Source: a virus
Lineage: Duplodnaviria; Caudoviricetes
DNA length: 51,162 nt
Strand: one strand, 5' to 3'
IMG/VR virus record: IMGVR_UViG_3300031566_000056
Span: 1 to 51,162 of that record
This document shows positions 17,401 through 27,000 of the stretch, one piece after another. Both the position numbers and the translations under genes were made by a program. The stretch's first letter is position 1, and each line of letters begins with the position of its first letter. The notes beneath the pieces are model-generated. The model made no database searches and was not told the origin of the DNA. It saw nothing but the letters and a program-made list of their open reading frames with translations.

Positions 17401-17831
17401 AGCTTGTCGTTGATCTTATAGATGATGAGGCTACAAGAATTATTTATCCACTTCTTGACGGTCAATTCTCATTTGATACAAGAACCCAAATCGAAGGCAA
17501 GAAAGCAACTGTTGATAAATTTGATATTTTAGTGCATAATAACGAAACTGGAATCTCAAAGTCATTCGTGCAACACAGTCCTGGCGAAAAGGCGTTTTTT
17601 GCAGACGCCTACACGAAAGCTCTTGTGAAGCAAAGAAACCAAAGATGCAAACGGACCTATCAACCAATAATACTTGATGAATCCGACGGGCCAATTGATC
17701 CCGAACGAATACAGGCGTTTTATGAAATTCAAAAATCATATTGGTCTGAAAGCAAAGTGATAATCGTGTCTCATACGCCGGTGAGTCATGAATATATCGA
17801 AAATACGGTGAACATGGAGGACCTAAAATGA
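14499..17831 (+). CDS. Fused SbcD-SbcC (Mre11-Rad50-type) nuclease-ATPase
   Basis: Phosphoesterase PDLH, GDFH, GTPSHE, HG, LGHIH; Walker A GGNGSGKSS; coiled coil with CSNC hook; SPGEK signature; ILDESDGPID; VSH. Confidence 0.9.
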   Translation: MKFLEIPDLHSDVRWIDKTELVFDKIIETVKSEKIDYVIFPGDFHNRPIYATEQGGINDLRRLCKKLTDVVPACMIYGTPSHEAPGSLDIFEDSGIVILRPNKTYGLFDSVIKEMKTGDQDIIGLKCVIFGIPEINKKKIQSIYKLSAKKANHKATELFYKYVDDFIAPMRLRYQDVPAVCGFHGNVSDCEKSNETDIIKKSSDIVIHTEKLEHVGIDRWSLGHIHTPWESERIIAGYAGFTGFDDRPWNCLGFVPAMNMIEILSADKDYGIPKDEITQKFDIKLSRIPYGTPERRKILKPLKKYDPNIAYWLFTDDRNATLPKNVHPLSRTTYNIEKIKSKRVTKAEAENVKSLRDLFKLNDPKVSKNILEKVKSIEVQDHSNTMLKTETVVSEVEISGCILFGGDTVIFNIDDLNNGLTRINGGNGSGKSSLLAFCSQYPIVIGKDTLSGRQSAIKDFFSGDDCYIKKTVLHNEEVHEHFITIKNPDKPSSKTECFFNINKKPALVKGSFDEMLARCEEIYGSFNDYLLTTFYVQPQQGRTQSGLVDATMTEIRNLVQSIAGINREQEKRSALDKVSQLDKEIKKDESWLEGVNEFAIDIATLTSKTNDLIDQEKIINEDISNKELSKKTAQELTDQSFKLYTISQEQEKQQEQDSNKFFGLQLEKKSKENQLEKLTGLEDPKELRDIIKKDDEAIRSNNLVNEIINQNKQLENEYNMAVREEKNSVEMLNHKALSKYNDEVSRIKNDLNKLENEISIHNLKIEQLNRPCSNCGHIEDKKTLTEIENKRQTALNFKKELEFMLKNLVMPSPVAPNSIDHPTYKPVGQLKKTLPDHERTTMLSKISQAEESSNLISDLKKEISIIESQLKELNEKKYSIDSEAEPKYIEAKKYLDEIIQEITNLKSSRSAIYAEIDGINKQIEDGKTVQDKIKATREKTEKNKSDLEDWKYIDTMLSPSKIPALELELVVDLIDDEATRIIYPLLDGQFSFDTRTQIEGKKATVDKFDILVHNNETGISKSFVQHSPGEKAFFADAYTKALVKQRNQRCKRTYQPIILDESDGPIDPERIQAFYEIQKSYWSESKVIIVSHTPVSHEYIENTVNMEDLK

Positions 17832-18241
17832 GAGATGCGACAATTACGGGCAACGTCGGCCAAGAGCCGAAAGTAGTTGCACCACAAGGAAGCGAATTTT
17901 CTTGTATTAAATTTTCTATCGCGAACAATGACGAAAGCAAGAAAGACACATCAGGTAGTTATATAAATGTTACGTCTTGGTTTGATATAGAGTTTTGGAC
18001 AAAAAAGCCCCAATATTGGCTTCAGCAAATCAGAACAGGCGTCCAGCTTTTATGCCCTTGCGAGGCGAAGCAAGAAACCTGGAAAAATCAAGAGGGCGCC
18101 AATAGGAGCAAGATAATTTTCAAGATTAGAAACGGAATGTTTCCAGTTGTAATGCGATCTAAAAACGCAGAAGAAAACAACCAACAAGAACAAAAAACAA
18201 CGGCTCCAGCGATACCTCCGGGCGATGACTGCCCATTTTAA
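17828..18241 (+). CDS. ssb: Single-stranded DNA-binding protein
   Basis: ITGNVGQEP, FSIA, W..IEFW, QETW, acidic DDCPF tail. Confidence 0.92.
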   Translation: MRDATITGNVGQEPKVVAPQGSEFSCIKFSIANNDESKKDTSGSYINVTSWFDIEFWTKKPQYWLQQIRTGVQLLCPCEAKQETWKNQEGANRSKIIFKIRNGMFPVVMRSKNAEENNQQEQKTTAPAIPPGDDCPF

Positions 18242-18247
18242 AAAATT

Positions 18248-18272
18248 AAAGCGGCTTAATTGCCGCTTTTTT
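18248..18272. terminator. Bidirectional intrinsic terminator between the two arms
   Basis: AAAGCGGC-TTAATT-GCCGCTTT with A/T runs, between convergent genes. Confidence 0.85.
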
Positions 18273-18750
18273 ATTTTACAAATAAATTATAAATAAATAA
18301 CCCAACGCCAGCCGCACTAACACAAATAAAAATATTACGCTGAAATTCAAGGTCTTTGTTTTCTCTCTCCAGCCTCTCGCAATATTCTCTTAACTCGCTC
18401 AAGTCTTTCAATCGTTTCTGTAGCCATTTTTTCAACTCTTCCGGCTGAATTGAATGCTTGTTCGCTATTTCTATTATTAGCAACTGATAAGTCAATGCTT
18501 CTTTCAACTCTTCCGAGGCTTTCTGTAATTCCGCTTGCTGTTCTTTCTGCCTCGTTTGCGATATCGTCAAAAGACTCTTGATATTCAAGCTCTCTTTCTG
18601 CAATGCCTTCAATGTCGTTTGCGATATCGTCAATTCTTGAAGTATCAACGTCAACTCCTCTGGGTGCAAAGATAATATATCCGGTTGCGACTCCTGAGCC
18701 AAACAAAAAACAGGCAAGAATAACAAAAATAATAATAGTTTTTTTATCAT
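18271..18750 (-). CDS. Exported coiled-coil protein with C-terminal TM helix (spanin-like partner)
   Basis: Signal peptide MIKKLLLFLLFLPVFCLA-QE; ATGA overlap with holin stop. Confidence 0.55.
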   Translation of the reverse strand: MIKKLLLFLLFLPVFCLAQESQPDILSLHPEELTLILQELTISQTTLKALQKESLNIKSLLTISQTRQKEQQAELQKASEELKEALTYQLLIIEIANKHSIQPEELKKWLQKRLKDLSELREYCERLERENKDLEFQRNIFICVSAAGVGLFIYNLFVK

Positions 18751-18754
18751 TCAT
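18347..18754 (-). CDS. i-spanin-like protein
   Basis: N-terminal TM helix plus acidic coiled coil; GAGG RBS; follows holin. Confidence 0.6.
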   Translation of the reverse strand: MNDKKTIIIFVILACFLFGSGVATGYIIFAPRGVDVDTSRIDDIANDIEGIAERELEYQESFDDIANEAERTASGITESLGRVERSIDLSVANNRNSEQAFNSAGRVEKMATETIERLERVKRILREAGERKQRP

Positions 18755-18971
18755 CCTTTCCCTCTTTTTTTATATTGCTCTTAATCCATGCAATTTTGTC
18801 AACAGAATTAGAGCCTAAAAAAATACCAGTATTAACGAGTTGAAAATAAGCAAATGAGGTAAAAATATTTTCAAGTAGTTGCGGGAATTTTACCATACAA
18901 ACAACGACGTATGCTGAAAATATTACAGTGTTAGCAATATACGCGATTACTTTTCGACTTGTTAGTTTCAT
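18747..18971 (-). CDS. Putative holin
   Basis: MKLTSRK start, two hydrophobic segments, charged C-terminus; GGAGG RBS. Confidence 0.7.
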   Translation of the reverse strand: MKLTSRKVIAYIANTVIFSAYVVVCMVKFPQLLENIFTSFAYFQLVNTGIFLGSNSVDKIAWIKSNIKKEGKDE

Positions 18972-18972
18972 A

Positions 18973-19383
18973 TTAACCTCCTATAGATATTAACGATGTA
19001 ATTATTGAAGCCGCAGCGCTAATAATAGCTATTAGCATCGTGACTATAAGCGCTCTGTTTTTATTTTTGTTTGTATTAACTACTAGTTGTTTTTTCTCAA
19101 CTGCCTGTTTTTCTTCTTTTTCCTTGCGCTCGTGATATGATATATGATCTTTTAAAATATCTTTTATCCCTTTTGATCCATTTCCATTTATAGATATTTT
19201 TAACAATTCAAAATCAAGTATGTAAGAATTTTGAATTTCCATAAAATCTCTCAGGGTTGAATCTAAACTTTCTTGTTTGTGAAATAAAGACTTTTGATTT
19301 TCAGCTATAAGCTCTATTTTATCTTTTATAGGACCTAGTAGATCGTGGATAAATTTTTTATCCTCCGCTGTAATGCCTGCCAT
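18973..19383 (-). CDS. Coiled-coil protein with C-terminal TM helix (lysis-region)
   Basis: ATG 19383 after GAGGTG; hydrophobic C-terminus. Confidence 0.65.
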   Translation of the reverse strand: MAGITAEDKKFIHDLLGPIKDKIELIAENQKSLFHKQESLDSTLRDFMEIQNSYILDFELLKISINGNGSKGIKDILKDHISYHERKEKEEKQAVEKKQLVVNTNKNKNRALIVTMLIAIISAAASIITSLISIGG

Positions 19384-19498
19384 GAAGAACACCTCTTAGT
19401 TTTATTTGATTTTCATTAAATCAATTTTTTTGCAACTCTGTAGCAATACTCACTTTCTAATCCTCTCAATACATAAAAAATTTTATCTTTAAACTCAA

Positions 19499-20617
19499 TT
19501 AAATTAATTTTGTAAAAATTAAATCTGTGTATATATCTATGACAGATCCAATACCTGTAACGCCCAATCCATTAGATGCAACGGCTGACGCAACATGATA
19601 TTGAACTTCAAAATTCTTTGATGCTGTAATGGTAAATCTATCTTCAATTGTTATTGTTGCTGCTCCGTTTGTTGTATTACAATAATCATTAGTGCTTATA
19701 GCTGTATCACTTCCATCTGTTGTATTTCTTAGTTTTAATTTCAATTGACCAACCCTGTAAAATGGCGATGTACAAAGAATCTCATAAGTTCCTGGGGGTA
19801 ACGTATGAACACTTGAAGCCTGTGAAGCTCCTATAATTTGATTTAACACTAAATCATCACACGTTCTTTTTGTCCATGTTGTAGCTGTAGAGCCTCCGCC
19901 ATCTGTTCCGGCTGCTTTTTCATCTCTATAGTGGTAAACAGGTCTATTTGGTTCATATCCGATTCTTTTCCATTCACTTGAATTTCCTTCAAGAATTGTA
20001 TATTCAGTTGATAAATTTATTGTATCAAAGCCCTCTATTGTTTCAGCACCTTCTCCATCGATAAACAAAGCATAAGAAGTATTTAAATTATCAAATCTAA
20101 TAACTTGATTTTGATTATCAGCCAACGTTGGTAAAGTAACAGTTCTATTAGCTGTAATACCAGAAGAAGGCATTATTACTCTTGTTGGACCTGTAACATC
20201 TACTATCACTAAATCAGCATCAGTCATAGTAATAACATTCTCTTTTTCATGTATCCATTTTGCACCGTTATAAAAAAAAGATGCATCTTTATTTGGCAGT
20301 AAATAAAATATCCTTGATGATCCTGATATACCTATTTCTATTTCAATAGTAGAAGAGCCCGAATTGTATATTCTTGCTTTATTCCCTGTTGTTCTTAAGT
20401 CTTCCAAGTCAACATTAGAGGATGAGTTAATTACTAATTCGTCCATAAATGGCAACCCTGATACTGCGGTTGTGCCGTCTCCCATAACAGCAGCCAGTCC
20501 GACTTGGCCGGTTATTACAGAGTTAAAATATATTATTTCTCCGCTCTTCGGTGTGTATGTCAAATAACTTGAATATGACACGATATCCCATCTTCCTAAT
20601 CTATCTAATATGCTCAT
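19499..20617 (-). CDS. Tail fibre / receptor-binding protein
   Basis: Last gene of tail module; YTPKSGEI..GDGTTAVSGLP N-terminus; beta-rich domains. Confidence 0.7.
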   Translation of the reverse strand: MSILDRLGRWDIVSYSSYLTYTPKSGEIIYFNSVITGQVGLAAVMGDGTTAVSGLPFMDELVINSSSNVDLEDLRTTGNKARIYNSGSSTIEIEIGISGSSRIFYLLPNKDASFFYNGAKWIHEKENVITMTDADLVIVDVTGPTRVIMPSSGITANRTVTLPTLADNQNQVIRFDNLNTSYALFIDGEGAETIEGFDTINLSTEYTILEGNSSEWKRIGYEPNRPVYHYRDEKAAGTDGGGSTATTWTKRTCDDLVLNQIIGASQASSVHTLPPGTYEILCTSPFYRVGQLKLKLRNTTDGSDTAISTNDYCNTTNGAATITIEDRFTITASKNFEVQYHVASAVASNGLGVTGIGSVIDIYTDLIFTKLI

Positions 20618-20628
20618 AAAAAACTCCT

Positions 20629-22488
20629 TTATTTGTTGTTTGTGAATAATACTTCATCAAGTGCCTGGTTTGGTTGAAAAAACATTTCATCAAGCGACTG
20701 GTCGGGCTTAAATAATATTTCAACGATATAAGGTTTGACAAGCAACGCTTTTATATTATTTATTTTTGACCCTGGCTGAGGGTCTACAGCGACCACTTGA
20801 ACGACCCAGACGCCAAAATATTCACGCCCCGAATAAATTAATGTATCAATATCAACAAAATCGGGTGTTATTTCACAAGACAAAATATCATAAATTCTTA
20901 AATCAAGATATTGATCGCCGATCAATGACAGGCTTACAACCCTTGGTATTTCTGAAAATCTTGAATACTCCCAAGCCGCCCGGGATAGTGCTCCTGATTG
21001 CGTTGTTAGAAACGTAAAAACAGAGAGCGTTGGCTCTTGGTTGTACGCCTCAAGAACCGCGCGGGAACCATCTGTGTATGGATAAGTAATAGACTTACCA
21101 GAATTGAAGTCCTTATTATAATCTACGTTTATTTTTGCTGCGAGAAGATCGTTTTCTGACTCGACATCAAGGCTTGTCCTGTTTTGTATGTCTACGTTAT
21201 AGATATGACCAATAGGATCTCGTAATAAGTTGTTAACTCTTATCGTTATAAGCCCTGTAGAATTTATTTCATATCTAAAACCTATATTACAACCACTTTG
21301 AATCTGTCTGATTGCCTCATACAATTCGATTTGATTTTCAAATACAACCGCTATTTCAGATAGAAACTTTTCTTCTATTTCCCATTCTTCCGTATTATAA
21401 TTACTGTTATTGTAAGGGAGTCCAAGCTCTCGATCGTTTAGATCTTTGATGACATCTGAAGCGTATGTATTTGTAATTCCTTCTGAGAGCCACACTCGAC
21501 ACTCTAAAACCTCGCCAACTGTCGTCCCTCCATCTCTACAGTCTGCATAATTTAGAACAAAACTGCCGGTTGAAATGTCGACAGAAGCTGGTGTAACAGT
21601 CAGCCAAGAATCGCCATTTTTTACTTGCACGGTGCCAAGCGAGGTCAAGACCTGAGCTTGTCGATATGTGACATTCCCAACGGACTCGCCGTCAACAGGG
21701 TATGCCGTAGAATATCTCGGTGAGCCATAAATAAGCGGGATCGGTTTTCCTATTAGGTTCTCGTCAATATATGGATAATCAGATTCTAAAAAAACAGTAG
21801 ATGGTATTTTTTTATTATAGCTGACTCTTTTATCTTGAATCTTTACATTAAATTCAGTTAACGAAAAACTATAATTTTCTACAAACAAAGATTGAAGCTG
21901 TTGGAGGTCTGATCTCTGCGGGCCTTCGATATCATCATCAAGAAAATAAATATTTATATCATTTCCATAAATATTCTCGTTAATAAAAATATCAAAATAC
22001 TGGTTTGTGTTATCAAGAACCATAGACCCGACAATTAAAGATAGCTTGTCATAATCTGCAAGATCTTGTTGTTGGGCCAAAGAAGGAACTGATTTTAAAT
22101 ATGGTAAATATTCTACATCTTGAACGTAGATCATTTTTTTATCATTGAATCCCAAAATTTGACCATATTTATAAACATCGTCTTCGAGGTAGTTTGAATA
22201 ATCATGATCAACATGAATATATAATACCTGATTTGATTGATCAAAATAAAATGAACGTTCGCCTGCTATACAATCGTTTATAGATATTGTCTTGGTTAAT
22301 TTTTGATTAAACAGAAAAGTTACATTCTCGATAACGCTTACAATATAACTTGATTCGTTTTGAACTCCAAAAGTATCTGTCCAAAAAGAAGCGAGCTGAT
22401 AATAAGTTGGTCTAACCTGATATATAAAAGGATAATAAGGTGAGATTGATTCTATTTGTATAAATCTTGTTAGTTCTGCTATTGTCAT
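20629..22488 (-). CDS. Tail tip / baseplate hub protein
   Basis: 619 aa, acidic, GKPIPLIYG motif, tail-module position. Confidence 0.65.
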   Translation of the reverse strand: MTIAELTRFIQIESISPYYPFIYQVRPTYYQLASFWTDTFGVQNESSYIVSVIENVTFLFNQKLTKTISINDCIAGERSFYFDQSNQVLYIHVDHDYSNYLEDDVYKYGQILGFNDKKMIYVQDVEYLPYLKSVPSLAQQQDLADYDKLSLIVGSMVLDNTNQYFDIFINENIYGNDINIYFLDDDIEGPQRSDLQQLQSLFVENYSFSLTEFNVKIQDKRVSYNKKIPSTVFLESDYPYIDENLIGKPIPLIYGSPRYSTAYPVDGESVGNVTYRQAQVLTSLGTVQVKNGDSWLTVTPASVDISTGSFVLNYADCRDGGTTVGEVLECRVWLSEGITNTYASDVIKDLNDRELGLPYNNSNYNTEEWEIEEKFLSEIAVVFENQIELYEAIRQIQSGCNIGFRYEINSTGLITIRVNNLLRDPIGHIYNVDIQNRTSLDVESENDLLAAKINVDYNKDFNSGKSITYPYTDGSRAVLEAYNQEPTLSVFTFLTTQSGALSRAAWEYSRFSEIPRVVSLSLIGDQYLDLRIYDILSCEITPDFVDIDTLIYSGREYFGVWVVQVVAVDPQPGSKINNIKALLVKPYIVEILFKPDQSLDEMFFQPNQALDEVLFTNNK

Positions 22489-23367
22489 TTAATCCCTGTT
22501 TATTTGTTGTATATGCAAGGCGACGTTTTCTGCCGATCCAACAGCTACCAGATTGTTGCCTATGTAACCAGTACCGGTCTGATAATAATATTCAAGTCTT
22601 ATGTTTTTTGGAGAGGCCAAAGTTAAATACGAAGATATATTACTTTTCCCTATATTAAGTGCCGCGTCTTCCGTTCCGCAAACAGATCCATAATCGATGG
22701 GGGCTGCATCGCTAATATTATATAATCGACAACAACCATAATTTAGTATAAGAAGATTGCAAAATCCCTTAATTAAAAACCTACCAGCTGGCAATGTTAA
22801 AATATTTGAGGCCAAAGATGCCCCAGGAATTAAATTATAATTTGTATTACCTATATTAACTTGATACCACCCTCCTGGTGTTAACGAACTTTGTCTTGTA
22901 CCTATCGCAGAAACTTTCATTTCTCGAACAAAGCCATCAAGCCCGGAGATTATATTATTTGCATAGTTTCCAGGACTACTATTTACGGTAGAAACTACCG
23001 CGTCTAGTCGCGCTTTCATCTCATCAAAAACAACCAAATTACCAGACCCGTCATAATAACCATTATATGTATCATTCCATGTTATACCTGTCAAATTAGC
23101 AACATAAGAAGGCGCCGCAATGCTCCCCGACGGTGTTAATTTTACATAGTCGCTTGGCGTTCCTGTTATCGCAGTGTCGGCATCAGCAAGATATATAGAG
23201 CCGCCAATTTGAAAAACAGAGCCTTTTAATACTAAGTCATTATCATAGTCAATTCTAACCGGAAGCTCAGTTCCTAAATATACGGATTCGATTAAATTTT
23301 TCATTGCCACCCAATCGGCTAATGAAGTCGGAGTCGATTGTGGCGATGTTAATTTGTTTATAGGCAT
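22489..23367 (-). CDS. Minor tail / receptor-binding protein
   Basis: Position; C-terminal domain similar to that of 19499..20617. Confidence 0.6.
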   Translation of the reverse strand: MPINKLTSPQSTPTSLADWVAMKNLIESVYLGTELPVRIDYDNDLVLKGSVFQIGGSIYLADADTAITGTPSDYVKLTPSGSIAAPSYVANLTGITWNDTYNGYYDGSGNLVVFDEMKARLDAVVSTVNSSPGNYANNIISGLDGFVREMKVSAIGTRQSSLTPGGWYQVNIGNTNYNLIPGASLASNILTLPAGRFLIKGFCNLLILNYGCCRLYNISDAAPIDYGSVCGTEDAALNIGKSNISSYLTLASPKNIRLEYYYQTGTGYIGNNLVAVGSAENVALHIQQINRD

Positions 23368-23380
23368 TTAATGATCTCCT

Positions 23381-24097
23381 TTATCTTGCTTCGGACACGC
23401 TGAATTCAAAATCATAGCGTCGCCCGTTTTTCTGTGGCCTTATCGGTGCTGTAATCCTGGCATAAAACGGATCTATAAAATCAATGCTATCCTCAAATGG
23501 ATCAACCCAGATTTTAAAACCGACACCAAGCGATTGATAAATCGCCTTCAATTCATTTATTTTTTCTCGGGTATATTCCCGAAATAACCAAGTGTTTTCA
23601 GGTATAGGCTCAACATAGCTTTGTGAGGACTGGCCATAGGGAGAAGATTCGACAACACTGTTGTCAACAAATCCCTCTTCCCACGGGCTTGTCGGCGAGC
23701 CTAAATCATAATACTCACCCGCTGCAACACCTCCAAGATATCCACCAGAAACGGCAGTAACGTCTATTATTATTTTTTTGACAAAATATCTTGATGTAAA
23801 ATGATAAGCGTCACAATTTGCCGTGATACTCGTGAAAGAATGCGAAGCCAGCAACGTGTCATAAACATCGTACAATTTAAAATCAAGCTGTGTCGCATTC
23901 GTAAACGCGAAAAATATTGAGTTTATATATTCGCTTTCTTTAAGCTCGATAGTTATCTGGTCTGAAGATCCATAAGTGAATTGATATCTTTTTTCAAGTA
24001 TTTCATCCACAATATTAACTGCTGGATAATTTATGCTTTCATTATCAGACGTTATTGAATCATAACCGAGCAAAACATTATCATATATTATTTTCAC
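23381..24097 (-). CDS. Distal tail-like protein
   Basis: Directly after tape measure gene; ends FEFSVSEAR. Confidence 0.6.
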   Translation of the reverse strand: MKIIYDNVLLGYDSITSDNESINYPAVNIVDEILEKRYQFTYGSSDQITIELKESEYINSIFFAFTNATQLDFKLYDVYDTLLASHSFTSITANCDAYHFTSRYFVKKIIIDVTAVSGGYLGGVAAGEYYDLGSPTSPWEEGFVDNSVVESSPYGQSSQSYVEPIPENTWLFREYTREKINELKAIYQSLGVGFKIWVDPFEDSIDFIDPFYARITAPIRPQKNGRRYDFEFSVSEAR

Positions 24098-27000
24098 AAC
24101 TTAATCCTCACGACACCATTGTTAAAATAGGTCGCTGTTGACTCAGCTACTCTTTTTCCATCCATATCTAATAGTATCACAATTTGCTTGTTTTGTCCAC
24201 CAGCTCCGCCGCCGATTGCTCTTGCTATCCTGCTTGCAAATTGGTCAAGCAGCGCCGCGCCTTCTCCGCCCCCGTTTAATAGCAATTCTGGAGCACCGTT
24301 TTCAGCAGCCCTGATCACTTTTCCACCAGTTCCGCCGGGTATCACAACCCCTCCGGTCTGATATCCTTGTATTGGCATGATTAGACCACCGCCACCGAAA
24401 TTAGGTGGTTCAGGCTTCGCTGCTGTAAGCGCTGCAATCTCAAGACCTGTTGCCGTACCTGTTGCAAGCGCGGCAACCGTGCCCCCGATTGGGCCAAGCT
24501 GAGCATATCCGGCGATTATAGCCCTCGCCGCATCTGCAATCGCCAATGCGAGCTTAATATTGTAAGAAGCGATTGCGGCATCATATTCTATTTTTGCGGT
24601 TTTTCTAGCGGCTGCCTCTCTTGCATCAAGCTTCTTTTTTTCAAAATCGTTTTCAATTTGCAAGCGCGTCAGTGTGTTTTCAATCTCAAGCGCTTTTTGT
24701 TCATCTCCTGCAAGTTTAGCCGCCTCAAGTTCTCTTTTTAGTTTTTCTTCTCTCGTTTCCTCTGCTACTCCAGCAACCTCAAGCGCTTTTTGCAGCTCTT
24801 GGTCGTACGCACTTATTTGAGTTTGAAGAACGGATTCTATTTCTTCGATTCGTTTTTTCGCCGACGCTTGAGCCAAATTGTCTATTCCTGAAAAAACAGA
24901 ATTGAAAACATCAAAAACAGTTGTCGCAATATCGGACAGCTCATTTAATAATTTTTGTTGCTCTGCTGAGAATTTAATTATGTCTTCTGTGTTTTCTTTT
25001 TGCTTCTCGCTTATTTCCTCCAACTTGTTATAGTAGGCGTCCAATGCGTCAACAGCTTGTCTTGTTGCCTCTTCTGACAAGTTGGCGTTTTTTATGTCCT
25101 CAAGCGCCGATGCTTTTGCAGCCGCTCTTTTTTCTTCTTCAGTTCCAACAAGATCAAGCAATTTCTTATTGTATTCGTCTACAAATTTATTACGAGACTC
25201 GCCGGACTCTGTCTCTACTTTTTCTACTTCCTCAAGCTTACCTTTTAATTCCGGTAAGATATTGTCAATCAAGTCTCTAAGAACTAAATTGCCCTGTTGA
25301 ACCCTTGTCACCCTTTTTCCAGTTGCGTCAATGAATGTTTGTTCAACGTTTTCAGCCGTATATCCTATTTCAAATAGAGATTCGATAAGTTTTTCAGTTT
25401 CAGAAATTTCTCTCTTAACAAGTTCTGTCTGTGTTATTAAGCCTTCTTGAGCTAGTAAAGAATTTATTCTCAACGCTTCATTATAACTATCTTGAGCTTG
25501 TAGCCTTGCCTCTATTACACTTTTTGATTGAGCAATAGCCTTTAGTCGTTTAGTTTCAAGTTCTTTCTCTCTTTTTTCTTCTTCTTCAATAGCTTTTTGC
25601 CGAGCTTCTGCTCTTTTTTTCTGCAGCTCAGCAAGATATATTTCTTTTTTTGTTTCAGTAGTCACAAGTTCATTCTGAAGTCGTTTTGATTTCTCTACTA
25701 TAATTAATTGTTCTCTATATACATCTGATACTTTTTCAGACGCTAAACCTATTTTTAATATCGCAGCTTCCGAAAGTCCCGTTTCTTTTCTAAGCAGCGC
25801 AACTTGCTGATTAACTAAATCAAGATTAATTTTTGATTCTGATATTTTTCCACCAAGATCAAAAACCCTTGAAATTTCTTTTATCTGGTCGGTTGTAGCT
25901 CCGAATTCTTCATTTAAGTTAAAAACTGTAGCTGTCACATCTGCAATATTATCAGATGTAGCGCCGAGTTTTTTAGCTGTTTTTACGAGTTCGTCAAGTC
26001 TATCGTCAGATATTCCAGTTTCTTTTTGAAATTCCTTAAGCTTTGTGATTGCTTTTTTTATACTAGAATCGCTCGTCGCTCCCATTGTCTCAATAGTAGA
26101 TACAAGCTTTTCAAGTTTTTCGTTTGAAATTTCAAGATTCTCGGCCAATCCTCCAAATCTTTTCTCGATCTCGTCAAGCCTGGCTTTTCTTACAGCTCCA
26201 GAAATTCCAACTATTCCAGCTGTTAGCGCAGCTATTCCGCCAACAACAAGAGCGATCGGACCAAGAATAGCGCCCATAGTCGCGCCAGTAGCGACAAGTA
26301 TGCCATTAAGAGCTGTAAGCGCTGACACCAATCCAAAAGCCGCAGGAACTCCGACGGCAAGAAGCCCTAGGAATATTTTCACAGGGCCGGGAAGTTGATT
26401 CAAAAATAATATTGCATTTTTAAAGGCATCGACTATCCCGCGAATTACAGGAGAGAACTCAGAAATCAATCCTATTTTCAAAGATTCGATAGCGCTTCCA
26501 GTAGCATCAAGAGATCCTTGCAGCGTATCATTTTGTATTGCATAAGCATCGGCAGCCGCTGTCGTATCTGTGACGGCCTTTGTGTATTCCTCAAGGCCTT
26601 GCTTCCCAACCGCGAGCAAAGACAATATTTGCGGACCGGCTTCTTTCCCAAAAGCTCCTATTATTTGCCCTGCTTCAAGATTTGCCTCATTCAAATTGCC
26701 TATTATATCAATAAAAGAATTAACTGAAGGATCAAGTTCTTCAAATGACAAACCAAGCGCGGTCAACTTCTGAGTTGTGGGGTCCGTTTCGCTTGCCAGA
26801 GATGACAATATGTTTCGCAATGCGGTCCCGGCTTGTTCGCCTTTGAATCCTGCGTCAAGCAAACCTTGAATAGCCCCTGTTGTTTCCTCCAGGGAAATTC
26901 CAAGCGTTCCCGCAACAGGTCCGACTTGCCGAAAAGCGGCAGCCAGTTTGTCCATATTGGCTTGTGAATTTCCGATTGCAGCCGCGAAAACATTAGAAAC

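Noticed and set aside
19499-23367. Diversity-generating retroelement acting on tail genes
   Set aside because: No reverse transcriptase or adenine-mismatched TR/VR pair seen; the 46-bp repeat is exact.
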